This document shows positions 36,698-49,141 of a stretch of 64,000 nt of DNA, one piece after another. This DNA comes from an uncultured Gammaproteobacteria bacterium (GTDB lineage: Bacteria > Patescibacteriota > Patescibacteriia > S139-126). Position numbers and translations under genes: made by a program. The notes beneath the pieces were generated by a model. It saw only the letters and a list, made by a program, of their open reading frames with translations. It did no database searches and was not told the DNA's origin. The DNA is taken from contig CAZUKA010000001.1 in assembly GCA_964620905.1 (NCBI GenBank), positions 519,646 through 583,645 on the forward strand, read 5' to 3'. Each line of letters opens with the position of its first letter. The first letter of the stretch is position 1.

Positions 36698-36775
36698 TTT
36701 TATTAATAATAACTCATTTTATTATACCATAAACAAACTACCCCACCTAAAAGGTGGGGTAGTTGAATAAATAAA

Positions 36776-37105
36776 TTAGAGTTTAAATTTTTCAGCAAAC
36801 TGACCAATCAGAGGCAATGGTGTCATTTTGTTATTTACCACGTTCATAATACCAATTATAGCCATCACTAAACAAAACAAATAAGCCAGTGGTGCTAAAA
36901 ACATGGTCAATGGTGCAATAAACCAACAAATTGTCAGTACCAATCCTTGTTTAGCATGGTACTGGGCAAAAGCCGAATCTTTCTTGGTCAAAAGTGGGAT
37001 TAAAAAAAGTAGAAATAAATAAGACAAAATCACCACTGGTTTATCATCATTGGACACGGGGGGCATATTGTCAGGGTTAGGTACATTGTTTTGGTTATTT
37101 TCCAT
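36776..37105 (-). CDS. DUF4870-like membrane protein
   Basis: 'ILSY...LIPLL..KDS.FA.YHAKQGLVL...LPLIG' motif. Confidence 0.8.
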   Translation of the reverse strand: MENNQNNVPNPDNMPPVSNDDKPVVILSYLFLLFLIPLLTKKDSAFAQYHAKQGLVLTICWFIAPLTMFLAPLAYLFCLVMAIIGIMNVVNNKMTPLPLIGQFAEKFKL

Positions 37106-37342
37106 ATAGTATTATTTATTATTTAGCAGTATTTATTCTAGCAAAAAAATTAATAAAAAGAAAATAGAAGCTGGGGTCTAGAATTTAGAATAAAAAGATG
37201 GGGAATAATTTTATAATTTTTAAATAAATCAAAATTTTTAAAAATTAATAATTTAAAATTAAAAATTGAGTAAATATGAATACACAAACGACCTTATTCA
37301 CTTGGAACAAGGTCGTTTCTAAACTAAATAAATAAAATGAAA

Positions 37343-39010
<1,668 letters not shown>

Positions 39011-39109
39011 TTATGATTTAAAAAAATTTTTAATTTTTGAATTTTATAATTTTTTAAATAATTTTTAATCTCTAATTTTTAAAAATTAAAAATTACAAAA
39101 TTAAAAATT

Positions 39110-39385
39110 CTACTCAAGGACCGCTAAAATATCATCTTCCCCTACAACCTTGTACTCCACTTCATCAATTTTCACTTCTGTGCCACCGTATTTGGAACAC
39201 AACACTTGATCACCGGGTTTGATACCAAGTTTGGCAATTTTTTCACCAGTTCCCACTGCTACCACTTCTGCTTGTTCTGGTTTTTCCTTATCAACCGTAT
39301 CAGGTAAAACTATACCTGACTTAGTCACTTCTTCAGCTTTAGCAGGTTTTAATACAGCTCTATCTCCTAAAGGTTTTATTTTCAT
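39110..39385 (-). CDS. groS: Co-chaperonin GroES
   Basis: IKPLGDR...TKSGIVLPD...KYGGTEVK. Confidence 0.97.
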   Translation of the reverse strand: MKIKPLGDRAVLKPAKAEEVTKSGIVLPDTVDKEKPEQAEVVAVGTGEKIAKLGIKPGDQVLCSKYGGTEVKIDEVEYKVVGEDDILAVLE

Positions 39386-39506
39386 AGATTTTACTATTAA
39401 TTATTAAATATTTAAAATTTAGCTTACCCTAATATTTTAAAATTGTCCAATTTTATAGGATTTATGGGTAAATTTAAGATAACGACCAAAATCAATTTTA
39501 ACAAAA

Positions 39507-39533
39507 TTAGCACTCTACCGTCAAGAGTGCTAA
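39507..39533. promoter_or_regulatory. CIRCE element (HrcA operator) of groESL
   Basis: Perfect TTAGCACTC-N9-GAGTGCTAA overlapping a minus-strand TTGACG -35. Confidence 0.95.
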
Positions 39534-39549
39534 TTATCCACAACCTATA

Positions 39550-40875
39550 TTATTCCCTAACGGATTTAGCTACAGTAATAATACCTAAAATCAAAAAAAA
39601 TAAATAAATACCAAAATTCAAACTCCACCACCAATGATCAAATAAAAACAGAAAAGAAGCAATCAGAAAAAACAACCAACTCTTGGGTGATAAAAAATTA
39701 ATTACTTGTAATAAAAAAACAAAAAGCAGCAGCGCCAGTCCAATAATTCCCAATTCCACTAAAATAAGTAAAAAGGTATTGTGGGGTGGCTGCAACTGCC
39801 AAACATAACGCTCCGGGTGTTGCTGCTGCAAACTATAAGTATAAACGCCAAGACCAGTGCCTAAAATTGGTTTTTGTTCAAACGTTTGCCAGGCATCAAT
39901 AAAACTATCTATACGCTGAGAATAAGATAATACCTCTAGCCGTTCACTAGCTTTGACTCTGGTAAAAAAAGGTTCACTATAAATTCCAACCCAGAGACCA
40001 GCCGTAAATATTGCCAATATTAATACCAAAATATAAGTTTTCCAATTAATAAATGATTTTTTAAAAACCAATTGCCCCAACATCACCAAAAACAAAAATA
40101 TTGTTGCCAGCCAAGCAGCGCGAGAAAAACTCAAAACAATACCAGAGATAATAATAATTATTCCGAAAAGTAATGTCATCTCAAATATCTGTATTTGCTT
40201 GGCTTTTGTCTGGGACCACAAAACTTCCGCCCGCTGCAATAGATCAATTGCCCAAACTAATACTATCACCAAGAAACCACCCAAAATATTTGGATGGGGA
40301 AAAGAGCCGTAAGCTCTAAGCCAACGTCTAAGACCTGTATCCACCACTGATACACCTAAATTTTGTGGGTCTTGCGTCGCCATCCCCAACCATTTACTAC
40401 CAGTGACAAATTGATTTAAAAATTGCCCTATAGATAACAGCCCTTGCATTAATCCAGCCGAAATAAAAATTATTCCTAGTTTAATGAAAGAAATTTGATT
40501 GGTTTTAACCAACCAAAAAACACCCAGGGCTAAAAATAATTTCACGGCATAATAAATACTCAAAGCCGGAAAAACCGACCACTGGACGCTGAAAAATGCC
40601 AGCAAAACAAAAACTACCAACCAAAAAATAGGTGAAAAAAAATCAATACTTTTGTAGTTAAAATTGTTTTTATTTTTGATCCACAAAATGAAATTTATAA
40701 CCAATAATAAAATAAGTAAAATTTCGCTAATATAAATACTAACACTGCCAGCTTCCCAAACACCGCCTTTTAATTTTGCCTCATAAAAATACCTTATCTG
40801 CCAGGGCAACAAAAATACCCACAAATATATACCATACTCTAAAATTTTCTCTAATTTTTTTTGCAACATAAACAT
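39550..40875 (-). CDS. O-antigen ligase family membrane protein
   Basis: RAYGSFPHPNILGG, SFSRAAW, GTGLG, PPHNTFLLILVELG. Confidence 0.9.
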   Translation of the reverse strand: MFMLQKKLEKILEYGIYLWVFLLPWQIRYFYEAKLKGGVWEAGSVSIYISEILLILLLVINFILWIKNKNNFNYKSIDFFSPIFWLVVFVLLAFFSVQWSVFPALSIYYAVKLFLALGVFWLVKTNQISFIKLGIIFISAGLMQGLLSIGQFLNQFVTGSKWLGMATQDPQNLGVSVVDTGLRRWLRAYGSFPHPNILGGFLVIVLVWAIDLLQRAEVLWSQTKAKQIQIFEMTLLFGIIIIISGIVLSFSRAAWLATIFLFLVMLGQLVFKKSFINWKTYILVLILAIFTAGLWVGIYSEPFFTRVKASERLEVLSYSQRIDSFIDAWQTFEQKPILGTGLGVYTYSLQQQHPERYVWQLQPPHNTFLLILVELGIIGLALLLFVFLLQVINFLSPKSWLFFLIASFLFLFDHWWWSLNFGIYLFFLILGIITVAKSVRE

Positions 40876-40881
40876 TTACTC

Positions 40882-41775
40882 TTAATACTTAATACTATAT
40901 TCTTTTATACATCTTTCCTCCCATAACTTTTGATAATATTCGCGCTTGTCTGCTTGGCCGTGAAATTTCAAAACCTCATCTGTCAGCATTACCCGACTAT
41001 CTTGATTGGCTAGCTGCTGTAAATTATCGGGTAACAATTTGAGTTGAATTTTTTTAAGTGGCTGTTCCCAAACCCGCCAGGTCAACCAACTAAACAACCG
41101 ACTAAAAAAAGTTCTACGGATCACCCAAGGACCAACCAAATCAATTGGTTGCGCCAACGGCAAATTCTTTTGTAACCAATCATTACTTAGAAAAAATTTT
41201 TCATAAAGCTTGTCTGGATTATAAATCGGTAATAGTTTAGTCAACCAATAAGTCAAATACACATCGTCTTGATTGATCTTTAAATTGGCTATATTCAAAC
41301 TGTCTGTTGTCAAAAAAAAGGTTAAACAAATCATATCTTGTTTGCCACCCCGATCATAAGGTCGTAAACGTCTTATCTTCAAAAAACTCTGCAACCAAAA
41401 CCTAGTCAGCCAAATCCGATTCGGGCTAGTGATGATAAATAAATCAATATCACTACCACTAGCAGCGTTAAGATATCCCAGAGAGTTACATACTGCTATC
41501 AATCTGACACTAGGGAGTAGCCGCAACCACCTTGCCACTCGAATAGCCAAATGCATTTTGGCAATACTAGATAAATAATTATTATGACGCTTTTGTAAAT
41601 CAAGAGGTTGTGATTTTATAAAATATAAACCTTGCGTAAAGGCAATTTGGTCAGTAAAAGAATCCAACACTTTTTTTTCACCAGACCAAGAATTTTTATT
41701 TGCTTCCCATTCGGTTAAAGGATAAGAAAAAATGCTATGAAAAATCAAACTTTTGTAAGTCGACGAATTGATCAT
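40882..41775 (-). CDS. Nucleotidyltransferase-fold hypothetical protein
   Basis: 'CNSLGY.....SDIDLFII' pol-beta-like motif. Confidence 0.7.
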   Translation of the reverse strand: MINSSTYKSLIFHSIFSYPLTEWEANKNSWSGEKKVLDSFTDQIAFTQGLYFIKSQPLDLQKRHNNYLSSIAKMHLAIRVARWLRLLPSVRLIAVCNSLGYLNAASGSDIDLFIITSPNRIWLTRFWLQSFLKIRRLRPYDRGGKQDMICLTFFLTTDSLNIANLKINQDDVYLTYWLTKLLPIYNPDKLYEKFFLSNDWLQKNLPLAQPIDLVGPWVIRRTFFSRLFSWLTWRVWEQPLKKIQLKLLPDNLQQLANQDSRVMLTDEVLKFHGQADKREYYQKLWEERCIKEYSIKY

Positions 41776-41832
41776 AGATATATTGTAGCAAATTAAAAAA
41801 ATTTACGCTCTCAAAAGAAAAGCGTAAAAATT

Positions 41833-44727
41833 TTATAATACTTTCTTTAAATACTGACCAGTATAACTTTGCTTAATTTTTGCCACCTCTCGCGGTGTAC
41901 CGCAGGCCACAACTCGCCCACCTTGACTACCACCATCAGGTCCTAAATCAATAATATAATCACACGATTTTATCACGTCTAAATTATGTTCAATAATCAA
42001 AACACTATTCCCTTTCTCTACCAATTGATCTAACACCGCCAATAGTCGTCTAACATCAGCAAAATGCAAACCAGTTGTCGGTTCATCTAAAATATACAAA
42101 GTTTTGCCGGTAGCACGACGAGAAAGCTCAGTAGCCAATTTTATCCGCTGAGCTTCGCCGCCGGATAAAGTAGTGGCGGATTGACCGAGGTGAATATACC
42201 CTAGCCCCACTTGATTTAAAGTTTCCAGTTTGTCGTGAATAGCCGGTACGTTGCTAAAAAAAATTGCCGCTTCTTCCACATTCATATTCAAAATATCAGA
42301 AATGTTTTTATTGCGATAATGTATTTCCAAGGCTTGTTGGTTGTACCGCTTGCCATGACACTCTTCACATTCTACGTAAACGTCCGGCAAAAAATTCATC
42401 TCTATCCGTACCATACCATCTCCCTGACAAGCCTCACAACGACCACCCTTAACATTGAAAGAAAATCGTCCGGGACTATAGCCACGCATTTTTGCTTCCG
42501 GCAATTCTGCGTATAACTCTCTAATTGGTGTAAATAAACCAGTGTAGGTAGCTGGGTTAGAACGCGGCGTACGGCCAATCGGTGATTGATCAATATTTAT
42601 TACTTTATCTAAATTTTCCAAACCTTTGATGGCTTGGTGTGCGCCTGGTAAATCTTTAGCACGATAAAAATGTTGCGACAAAGCCTTAGCTAATATATCG
42701 GTCATCAAAGTGGATTTACCACTACCAGAAACACCAGTGATGGCAACCAATTTGCCGAGTGGAATTTCCACATCAATATTTTGTAAATTATGTTCAGTAG
42801 CACCAATTACTTTTATGCTCTTGCCATTGCCAGTATGATATTTTTTTGGCGATTCAATTTTTTCTCGCCCAGAAATAAACTTACCAGTCAAAGAATCCTT
42901 ATGTCTTTTTATTTGTTCTGGCGTACCACAAGCGACTATTTTGCCACCATGTTCACCCGCGCCAGGACCAATATCAACTACATAATCAGCGGCTAAAATT
43001 GTATCTTCATCGTGTTCAACTACAATTACGGTATTACCTAGATCACGCAGATGCTGCAAAGTTTTTATTAATTTATGGTTGTCTTTTTGGTGTAAGCCAA
43101 TTGAAGGTTCATCCAAAATATAAAGTACCCCAACCAAAGCCGATCCAATCTGAGTAGCTAGTCTAATCCGTTGAGCTTCCCCCCCTGACAAAGTGGCGGC
43201 CGCCCGGTCCAAAGTCAAATAATCAAGTCCAACGTCCTGCAAAAACTGAAGACGTGACACAATCTCTTTAAGTATCTGCTTGGCAATTTTTTGTTCTCGT
43301 TCAGTCAGTGATTCATTATGATTGGTACTAGCTAATTTTTTAAAAAAAGGAATAGCTTCGTTGACAGTCAAAGTTGTAACTAGATAAATATTCTTATCAG
43401 CCACGGTCACGGCTAGTGATTGCGGGTTTAGTCGCTTGCCTAAGCAAACTGGGCATTCCAAAACCCGCATATATCTTTCAATCTCACTGCGCACATAATC
43501 TGATTCTGTATCTTTATAACGTCTTTCCAAATTTGGTATTACACCTTCAAAATGAGTAGCATATTCCCCAGAAAAACTAGCACTCTCAATATCCATAGTA
43601 TAACGCTTATCACCTGTACCATATAATAAAATATTCAACTGCTTTGTACTAAATTTTTCCAATGGTTCATTGACGGAAAAACCGTGCTTTTTACCAACCT
43701 GCTCTAAAATACGAACATACCAACTTTGGTTAGCTCGAGTACGCGCCCAAGGACGAATCGCCCCTTGAGCGATAGTTAATTTTTTGTTGGGAATTACTAA
43801 ATCTTTATCAATTTCCAATTTTGTTCCTAACCCGCTACAAGCACTACAAGCACCGTGAGGAGAATTAAAAGAAAAATTCCTCGGTTCTATCGGCAATAAA
43901 CTGGTATTGCATTTGGGACAAGCAAAATGCTCACTAAAAATAAAATCTTCACCGCTGCCTACCAATGAAATCATTATAAAACCATCACCCAAATCAAGAG
44001 CCGTTTCCAAACTTTCCGATAATCTTTGTTTATCGTCGTTATCAGCACTCACCGAAATTCTATCAATCACAACTTCAATATTGTGATTTTTTTGTTTATC
44101 AATATTTTTATCCAAAGCCTCTTCAATCGGCACTATCTCGCCATCCAAACGCACGCGAACATAACCAGCTTTTTGTATTTTCTCCAACAACCCTTTGTGC
44201 TCACCTTTTTTGTCTTTTATCACTGGGGCCATCAACACCAACTGCGTATCCTCCGGTAGGGTCACTATTTTTTCAAAAATTTGCTGCTTAGTCTGTCTGA
44301 CTACCAACTGACCACACTGAGGACAGTGCGGTTTACCAATCCGAGCATAAAGTAGACGCAAATAATCATATATTTCCGTCACCGTACCAACGGTAGAACG
44401 AGGATTGTGCGAAACCGAACGCTGATCAATAGAAATAGCTGGAGACAATCCTTCAATCATATCAACATCCGGTTTATCCATCAGTCCTAAAAATTGTCGC
44501 GCATAAGATGATAAACTCTCTACATAACGTCTTTGTCCCTCGGCATAAATAGTATCAAAGGCCAAAGAAGACTTGCCACTGCCAGAAAGACCGGTAATTA
44601 CCACCAACTTATCGCGAGGAATATCAACATCAATATTTTTTAAGTTGTGGACTCTAGCACCTCTAATAATTATCATTTTATCCGATATTTTATTTGTCTT
44701 TTTAGTGGCAGTAACTTTAGTAGGCAT
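41833..44727 (-). CDS. uvrA: Excinuclease ABC subunit A
   Basis: Two ABC ATPase sets ([28 protein letters not shown]) and zinc fingers. Confidence 0.98.
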   Translation of the reverse strand: MPTKVTATKKTNKISDKMIIIRGARVHNLKNIDVDIPRDKLVVITGLSGSGKSSLAFDTIYAEGQRRYVESLSSYARQFLGLMDKPDVDMIEGLSPAISIDQRSVSHNPRSTVGTVTEIYDYLRLLYARIGKPHCPQCGQLVVRQTKQQIFEKIVTLPEDTQLVLMAPVIKDKKGEHKGLLEKIQKAGYVRVRLDGEIVPIEEALDKNIDKQKNHNIEVVIDRISVSADNDDKQRLSESLETALDLGDGFIMISLVGSGEDFIFSEHFACPKCNTSLLPIEPRNFSFNSPHGACSACSGLGTKLEIDKDLVIPNKKLTIAQGAIRPWARTRANQSWYVRILEQVGKKHGFSVNEPLEKFSTKQLNILLYGTGDKRYTMDIESASFSGEYATHFEGVIPNLERRYKDTESDYVRSEIERYMRVLECPVCLGKRLNPQSLAVTVADKNIYLVTTLTVNEAIPFFKKLASTNHNESLTEREQKIAKQILKEIVSRLQFLQDVGLDYLTLDRAAATLSGGEAQRIRLATQIGSALVGVLYILDEPSIGLHQKDNHKLIKTLQHLRDLGNTVIVVEHDEDTILAADYVVDIGPGAGEHGGKIVACGTPEQIKRHKDSLTGKFISGREKIESPKKYHTGNGKSIKVIGATEHNLQNIDVEIPLGKLVAITGVSGSGKSTLMTDILAKALSQHFYRAKDLPGAHQAIKGLENLDKVINIDQSPIGRTPRSNPATYTGLFTPIRELYAELPEAKMRGYSPGRFSFNVKGGRCEACQGDGMVRIEMNFLPDVYVECEECHGKRYNQQALEIHYRNKNISDILNMNVEEAAIFFSNVPAIHDKLETLNQVGLGYIHLGQSATTLSGGEAQRIKLATELSRRATGKTLYILDEPTTGLHFADVRRLLAVLDQLVEKGNSVLIIEHNLDVIKSCDYIIDLGPDGGSQGGRVVACGTPREVAKIKQSYTGQYLKKVL

Positions 44728-44794
44728 ATATTTTATAAATGGATATTAAAAATCAGCACTTAGTATACAGTAAAAATAAAAAAGGGTCAAGCTT

Positions 44795-45028
44795 TTAACT
44801 TGACCGGATATTTGGCTGATTTGATTTTAGAAAATATTCTGGTTCTAACATTAAAAATTCTCTATTCTCCTCAGAAAATGAGGGAATTTTACTAAAATCA
44901 AAGTCAGTTTGGTGAAAGGTTGAATGCTTACAATTCGTACATATATATTCAATATATTTACTATTCCCCTGATTGGGTAGTTGGGTGGTATGAGGTGACT
45001 GGCACCAAGCGCATATTACTCTTTCCAT
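44795..45028 (-). CDS. Small zinc-ribbon ORFan
   Basis: CAWC...CTNC; AAGGAG SD. Confidence 0.6.
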   Translation of the reverse strand: MERVICAWCQSPHTTQLPNQGNSKYIEYICTNCKHSTFHQTDFDFSKIPSFSEENREFLMLEPEYFLKSNQPNIRSS

Positions 45029-45119
45029 ATCTTCTCCTTTTAATTATTGAGGTTGTCAAAGTGATAATATAAAAAAATACCTTATTTTACTTAGTTAGTT
45101 AATAAGCTATTATTAAGCT

Positions 45120-46649
45120 ATGAATAAAACTACATTAAATAACTTACCCACCAGACCGGGTTGTTATCTTTTTAAAAATCAATCAGAAAAAATAATCTAT
45201 ATTGGCAAGGCAAAAAATATTAAACAACGTGTCAAAAGTTATTTTAACTCCCTAGCAGCACTCTCACCAGCTAAACAACTAATGGTAAAAGAAATTTTTT
45301 CTATCGAAACTGTAATAGTCAACAATGAAACTGAAGCTTTGCTTTTGGAAAATAATCTAATCAAAAAACATCAGCCCAAATACAATATTGATCTCAAAGA
45401 TGATAAAAACTTCTGTTACGTAAAAATTTCCCAGACCACACCACCCACAGTCACTGTAGAGAGACAGATAAAAAAAGATAATGCTACTTATTTTGGACCT
45501 TATCTGTCTGCTTTGGCGGTCAGAAAAACTTTGAACATGTTTTGGCCAATAGGAACAAAAAATTTTCTAAAAAAATTTTCAAACGCCGAACATCAACTAG
45601 CCATCAATCAAATAAAAGACTTCTTTCGAGGCAATAATAAAAAAATTATCAACCAATTACAAACAAAAATGATCCAAGCAGCTAAACAAAAAAATTATGA
45701 GTTGGCTGCTATCTATCGTGACCGTTTATCAGCAATTGAAAAAATTTCCCGTCGCCAAAAGATTATTGGTACTAAACTGACCAACCAAGACATTGTCAGT
45801 ATTTTTTCTTGGCGCGATTGGCATGCAATCAATCTATTTCGGTTGCGTCAAGGAAAAATTATTGACAAACTTAACTTTACTATCGCTAGTCAGATCAGTG
45901 ATAAAAAATTTATCTTAGCCGAGTTTATTCAGAATTATTATCAACAAACCTTTGATTGGCCTAAAGAAATTGTTACTCCTGTTTTGCTACCAAAAATAAA
46001 AATTACCGATACCACAAAAAAAATAATTTTATCTTATAAAAAAAGTGGGCGTTTAGGAAATATTCTCAAACTCGGACAACTAAATGCTCAGGACTATCTA
46101 GCTAAAAAAATTCCGTCTTTTCTCCGTGATGATAAAAAAAATTTAGTTGCTTCTATTAATCTAGCCGAAAAATTACCGCTGCCCAATTTACCTCAAAGAA
46201 TAGAATGTTATGATATTTCCAACATCCAGGGTCACTTTGCAGTCGGAGCTATGGTGGTATTTAAACACGGTCAACCAGACAAATCACAGTATCGTAAATT
46301 TAAAATCAAATATACCCCCAGTAACAATGATTTTGCTATGATAGCGGAAATTATTGCCCGTCGCTTTACTGGCCATAATGATTGGCCGCAGCCAGATCTA
46401 ATTATTATTGATGGTGGTAAAGGTCAGCTATCAAGCGCTACTAAAACCCTGCGCCGATTAAAAATTAATTTACCAATCATTGCTTTGGCCAAAAAAAATG
46501 AGGATATTTTTTTTCCTGGGAAAAAGCATCCCCACAAATTTAAAAACAACAGTCCCGAATTAAAACTTTTACAAAGAATAAGAGACGAAGCCCATCGATT
46601 TGCTATTAATTATTATCGTCAGATGCATCAAAAAAATAACTTTTCATGA
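45120..46649 (+). CDS. uvrC: Excinuclease ABC subunit C (short form)
   Basis: GIY-YIG (YIGKAKN), UVR domain, RIECYDISN, IDGGKGQL, RDEAHRFA. Confidence 0.93.
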   Translation: MNKTTLNNLPTRPGCYLFKNQSEKIIYIGKAKNIKQRVKSYFNSLAALSPAKQLMVKEIFSIETVIVNNETEALLLENNLIKKHQPKYNIDLKDDKNFCYVKISQTTPPTVTVERQIKKDNATYFGPYLSALAVRKTLNMFWPIGTKNFLKKFSNAEHQLAINQIKDFFRGNNKKIINQLQTKMIQAAKQKNYELAAIYRDRLSAIEKISRRQKIIGTKLTNQDIVSIFSWRDWHAINLFRLRQGKIIDKLNFTIASQISDKKFILAEFIQNYYQQTFDWPKEIVTPVLLPKIKITDTTKKIILSYKKSGRLGNILKLGQLNAQDYLAKKIPSFLRDDKKNLVASINLAEKLPLPNLPQRIECYDISNIQGHFAVGAMVVFKHGQPDKSQYRKFKIKYTPSNNDFAMIAEIIARRFTGHNDWPQPDLIIIDGGKGQLSSATKTLRRLKINLPIIALAKKNEDIFFPGKKHPHKFKNNSPELKLLQRIRDEAHRFAINYYRQMHQKNNFS

Positions 46650-46761
46650 TCAGGTGTTTAAACCAATTTATAGCTAAAAAGCTTGGTATTATTGACAAAA
46701 TAAATATTATTTGATATACTTATCCCACTGGTTAGCAAACCATCTTTTTTATTGCAATTAC

Positions 46762-46986
46762 ATGATAAAAACATTCTTAATTGTGCAGATGATAGTTGCT
46801 GCCCTACTAGTTTTGGCAGTAATTATGCAAAACAGAGGTAGTGGCACGGGAGCTATTTTTGGCGGAGGCAATCAAGTTTTTAGAGCTAAACGCGGCGCAG
46901 AAAAAACTTTATTTTATATTACTATATTTTTAGGCATAGTATTTTTCGCATTAAGCCTATATATTTCAGTATTTCTAGCTGAATAA
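46762..46986 (+). CDS. secG: Preprotein translocase subunit SecG
   Basis: MQNRGSGTGAIFGG...KRGAEK; two TM helices; ATG at 46762 preferred. Confidence 0.9.
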   Translation: MIKTFLIVQMIVAALLVLAVIMQNRGSGTGAIFGGGNQVFRAKRGAEKTLFYITIFLGIVFFALSLYISVFLAE

Positions 46987-47034
46987 TTTCCCTATTTTCG
47001 CAATACTTTAGAAAACTATTTATTGTAATCAGTT

Positions 47035-48876
47035 GTGAATTTTTCGTGGTTAACAAAAATCACCAGCTTAGTTAAGTACTGGTTGAAAAAATTATTTTAT
47101 CGCAAAAAAGCTGAGGATATAAACCAAGTGGCCAATTTAGAAGCTTATGACCAAAATCTGGTTTTACGTTTCTCACCGAGCCGCTTACCTGGTTGGCAGC
47201 AATTAAAATATTTGCCTCGCTTTTTGAATAATAAAGAAAAAAAACAAGCTTGGTTTTTATTATCTACCAGTATTATAGCTCTGCTAATTCTAGCTTTTAG
47301 TATAGCTTGGCGACAAACTGTAGTCATAGCAAAAGTCGGTGGCAGCTACACTGAGGCTTTAATAGGAACTCCTCAATATATCAATCCGATTTTTGGCACC
47401 AGTGATGTTGATGCAGATATTAGCAAATTAATTTATGCTGGTTTACTCCGCTATAATGAACAGCTAGAATTGGTAAATGATTTAGCAGAAAATTATGAAA
47501 TATCGCCTGATGGAAAAACTTATACCTTTACACTTAAACAAAACTTACACTGGCATGACGGTCAGGAAATAACTGCCAAAGACATAGCTTTTACCATGAC
47601 AATGATTCAAGACATTCGAAATAATTCTCCCCTAGAACCATCCTTTCGCGGTGTTAAAATAAACCAACTGGATGACTTTAAAATTCAATTTGTTTTGGAA
47701 AAACCATTTGCTCCTTTTTTGCATAGTTTAACTGTCGGAATACTACCAGCACACGCTTGGGAAAATATTTCAACTACTAGCTATAAATTAGCTGAACTTA
47801 ATTTGAAACCAATCGGTGCTGGTCCCTGGAAATTTGCTGGGCTGAAAAAAAACAAAGATGGGAATTTAATATCCTATGCCTTAGTTCCATTCGCTGATTA
47901 TTACGGACAAAAACCCTATTTAAAAAATCTAAATTTCAAATTTTATCCAAATTATGACTCGGCTTGGCAATCATTTCAGGAACAAAATGTTGATGGTATT
48001 AGTTACATCACCAAAGAAAAAAAATCTTTACTGGCCAAAAATAAAATGGCTGTGTTGTATGAACTACAACTACCCCAATACACTGCAATCTTTATCAACG
48101 AAGCAAATAACGAAGTTTTACGAGAAATAAAAATTAGATTAGCACTTGAACTAGCAATTGATAAAAATAAAATTTTAGCTGAGGTTTTTGGTGAAAATGC
48201 TAAACCCTTATTGGGCCCATTGTTACCAGGTATTCCGGGATATAACCCCGAACTTAATCCCAATCCATTCAATCAAGATCAAGCCAAACAAATATTGACC
48301 GAATTGGGCTGGCAAACCAAAGAGGGTGAACAATTTTTGAGCAAAGAAGATAAAATTTTACAATTTACCATCACCACCGTTGATTTTGTTGACAATACAA
48401 AAATTGCCAATATCATTAAGCAACAATGGGAGGAAATTGGCATTAAAACCAACATAAATATTGTCAGCGCCAGTTCCATACAAAGAGAAATAATTCGACC
48501 GCGCCAATATGAACTTTTATTGTTTGGTGAAATTTTGGGATCAGATCCTGATTATTTTCCTTTCTGGCATTCTTCACAACTAAAAGATCCGGGGTTTAAC
48601 CTTACATCCTTCAATAATAAAAGAGCCGATGCCATTTTAGAAAAATCTAGAGCCACTATGGATTCTATTGAAAGAGAAGAATTGCTTAAACAATTTGAAA
48701 ATATTATTTTAGAATATAAACCTGCTATCTTTTTATTTCAACCAACTTACAGTTATCTACTACCAAAAAAAATAAAAGGTGTCGCCACTGACAGAATAAA
48801 CATTCCCAATGATCGCTTCAACAATATAGTCAATTGGTATATAAAAACCAAACGACGTTTTACCGAAGTAAAATAA
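47035..48876 (+). CDS. ABC transporter peptide-binding protein (family 5)
   Basis: INP..., DLAE...DGKTYTFTL...WHDG, PIGAGPW motifs. Confidence 0.9.
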   Translation: MNFSWLTKITSLVKYWLKKLFYRKKAEDINQVANLEAYDQNLVLRFSPSRLPGWQQLKYLPRFLNNKEKKQAWFLLSTSIIALLILAFSIAWRQTVVIAKVGGSYTEALIGTPQYINPIFGTSDVDADISKLIYAGLLRYNEQLELVNDLAENYEISPDGKTYTFTLKQNLHWHDGQEITAKDIAFTMTMIQDIRNNSPLEPSFRGVKINQLDDFKIQFVLEKPFAPFLHSLTVGILPAHAWENISTTSYKLAELNLKPIGAGPWKFAGLKKNKDGNLISYALVPFADYYGQKPYLKNLNFKFYPNYDSAWQSFQEQNVDGISYITKEKKSLLAKNKMAVLYELQLPQYTAIFINEANNEVLREIKIRLALELAIDKNKILAEVFGENAKPLLGPLLPGIPGYNPELNPNPFNQDQAKQILTELGWQTKEGEQFLSKEDKILQFTITTVDFVDNTKIANIIKQQWEEIGIKTNINIVSASSIQREIIRPRQYELLLFGEILGSDPDYFPFWHSSQLKDPGFNLTSFNNKRADAILEKSRATMDSIEREELLKQFENIILEYKPAIFLFQPTYSYLLPKKIKGVATDRINIPNDRFNNIVNWYIKTKRRFTEVK

Positions 48877-48890
48877 ATTTGAACAAAACT

Positions 48891-48977
48891 GCCGGAGTGG
48901 TGAAATTGGCAGACACGCATGGTTCAGGGCCATGTAGCCGCAAGGCTGTAGGAGTTCAAATCTCCTCTCCGGCACCA
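48891..48977 (+). tRNA. tRNA-Leu (CAG)
   Basis: Cloverleaf, anticodon arm CATGG-TT-CAG-GG-CCATG, variable arm, CCA. Confidence 0.95.
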
Positions 48978-49141
48978 AACTAGATTTGGCCATTGAGATA
49001 TTAGCTTCTCACCAACGAAATTGACTCATCAATAGATACACCTTGGCATATCACCTTAAATACAATAAAGATAAAACATTATCTTTTAATAAATGCCAAT
49101 CAACTGGCATAAAATAATAATTAAAAATTAAATTTATATTT

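Noticed and set aside
39020-39110. Extremely AT-rich spacers (also 37200-37270) as oriC
   Set aside because: No cluster of DnaA boxes and no dnaA/dnaN nearby; they are short low-complexity intergenic tracts.
46647-46661. TGA recoding (genetic code 25) to explain the short UvrC
   Set aside because: TAA follows three codons later. TGA also ends ppsA and mutM at expected positions, and long core genes have no internal TGA.
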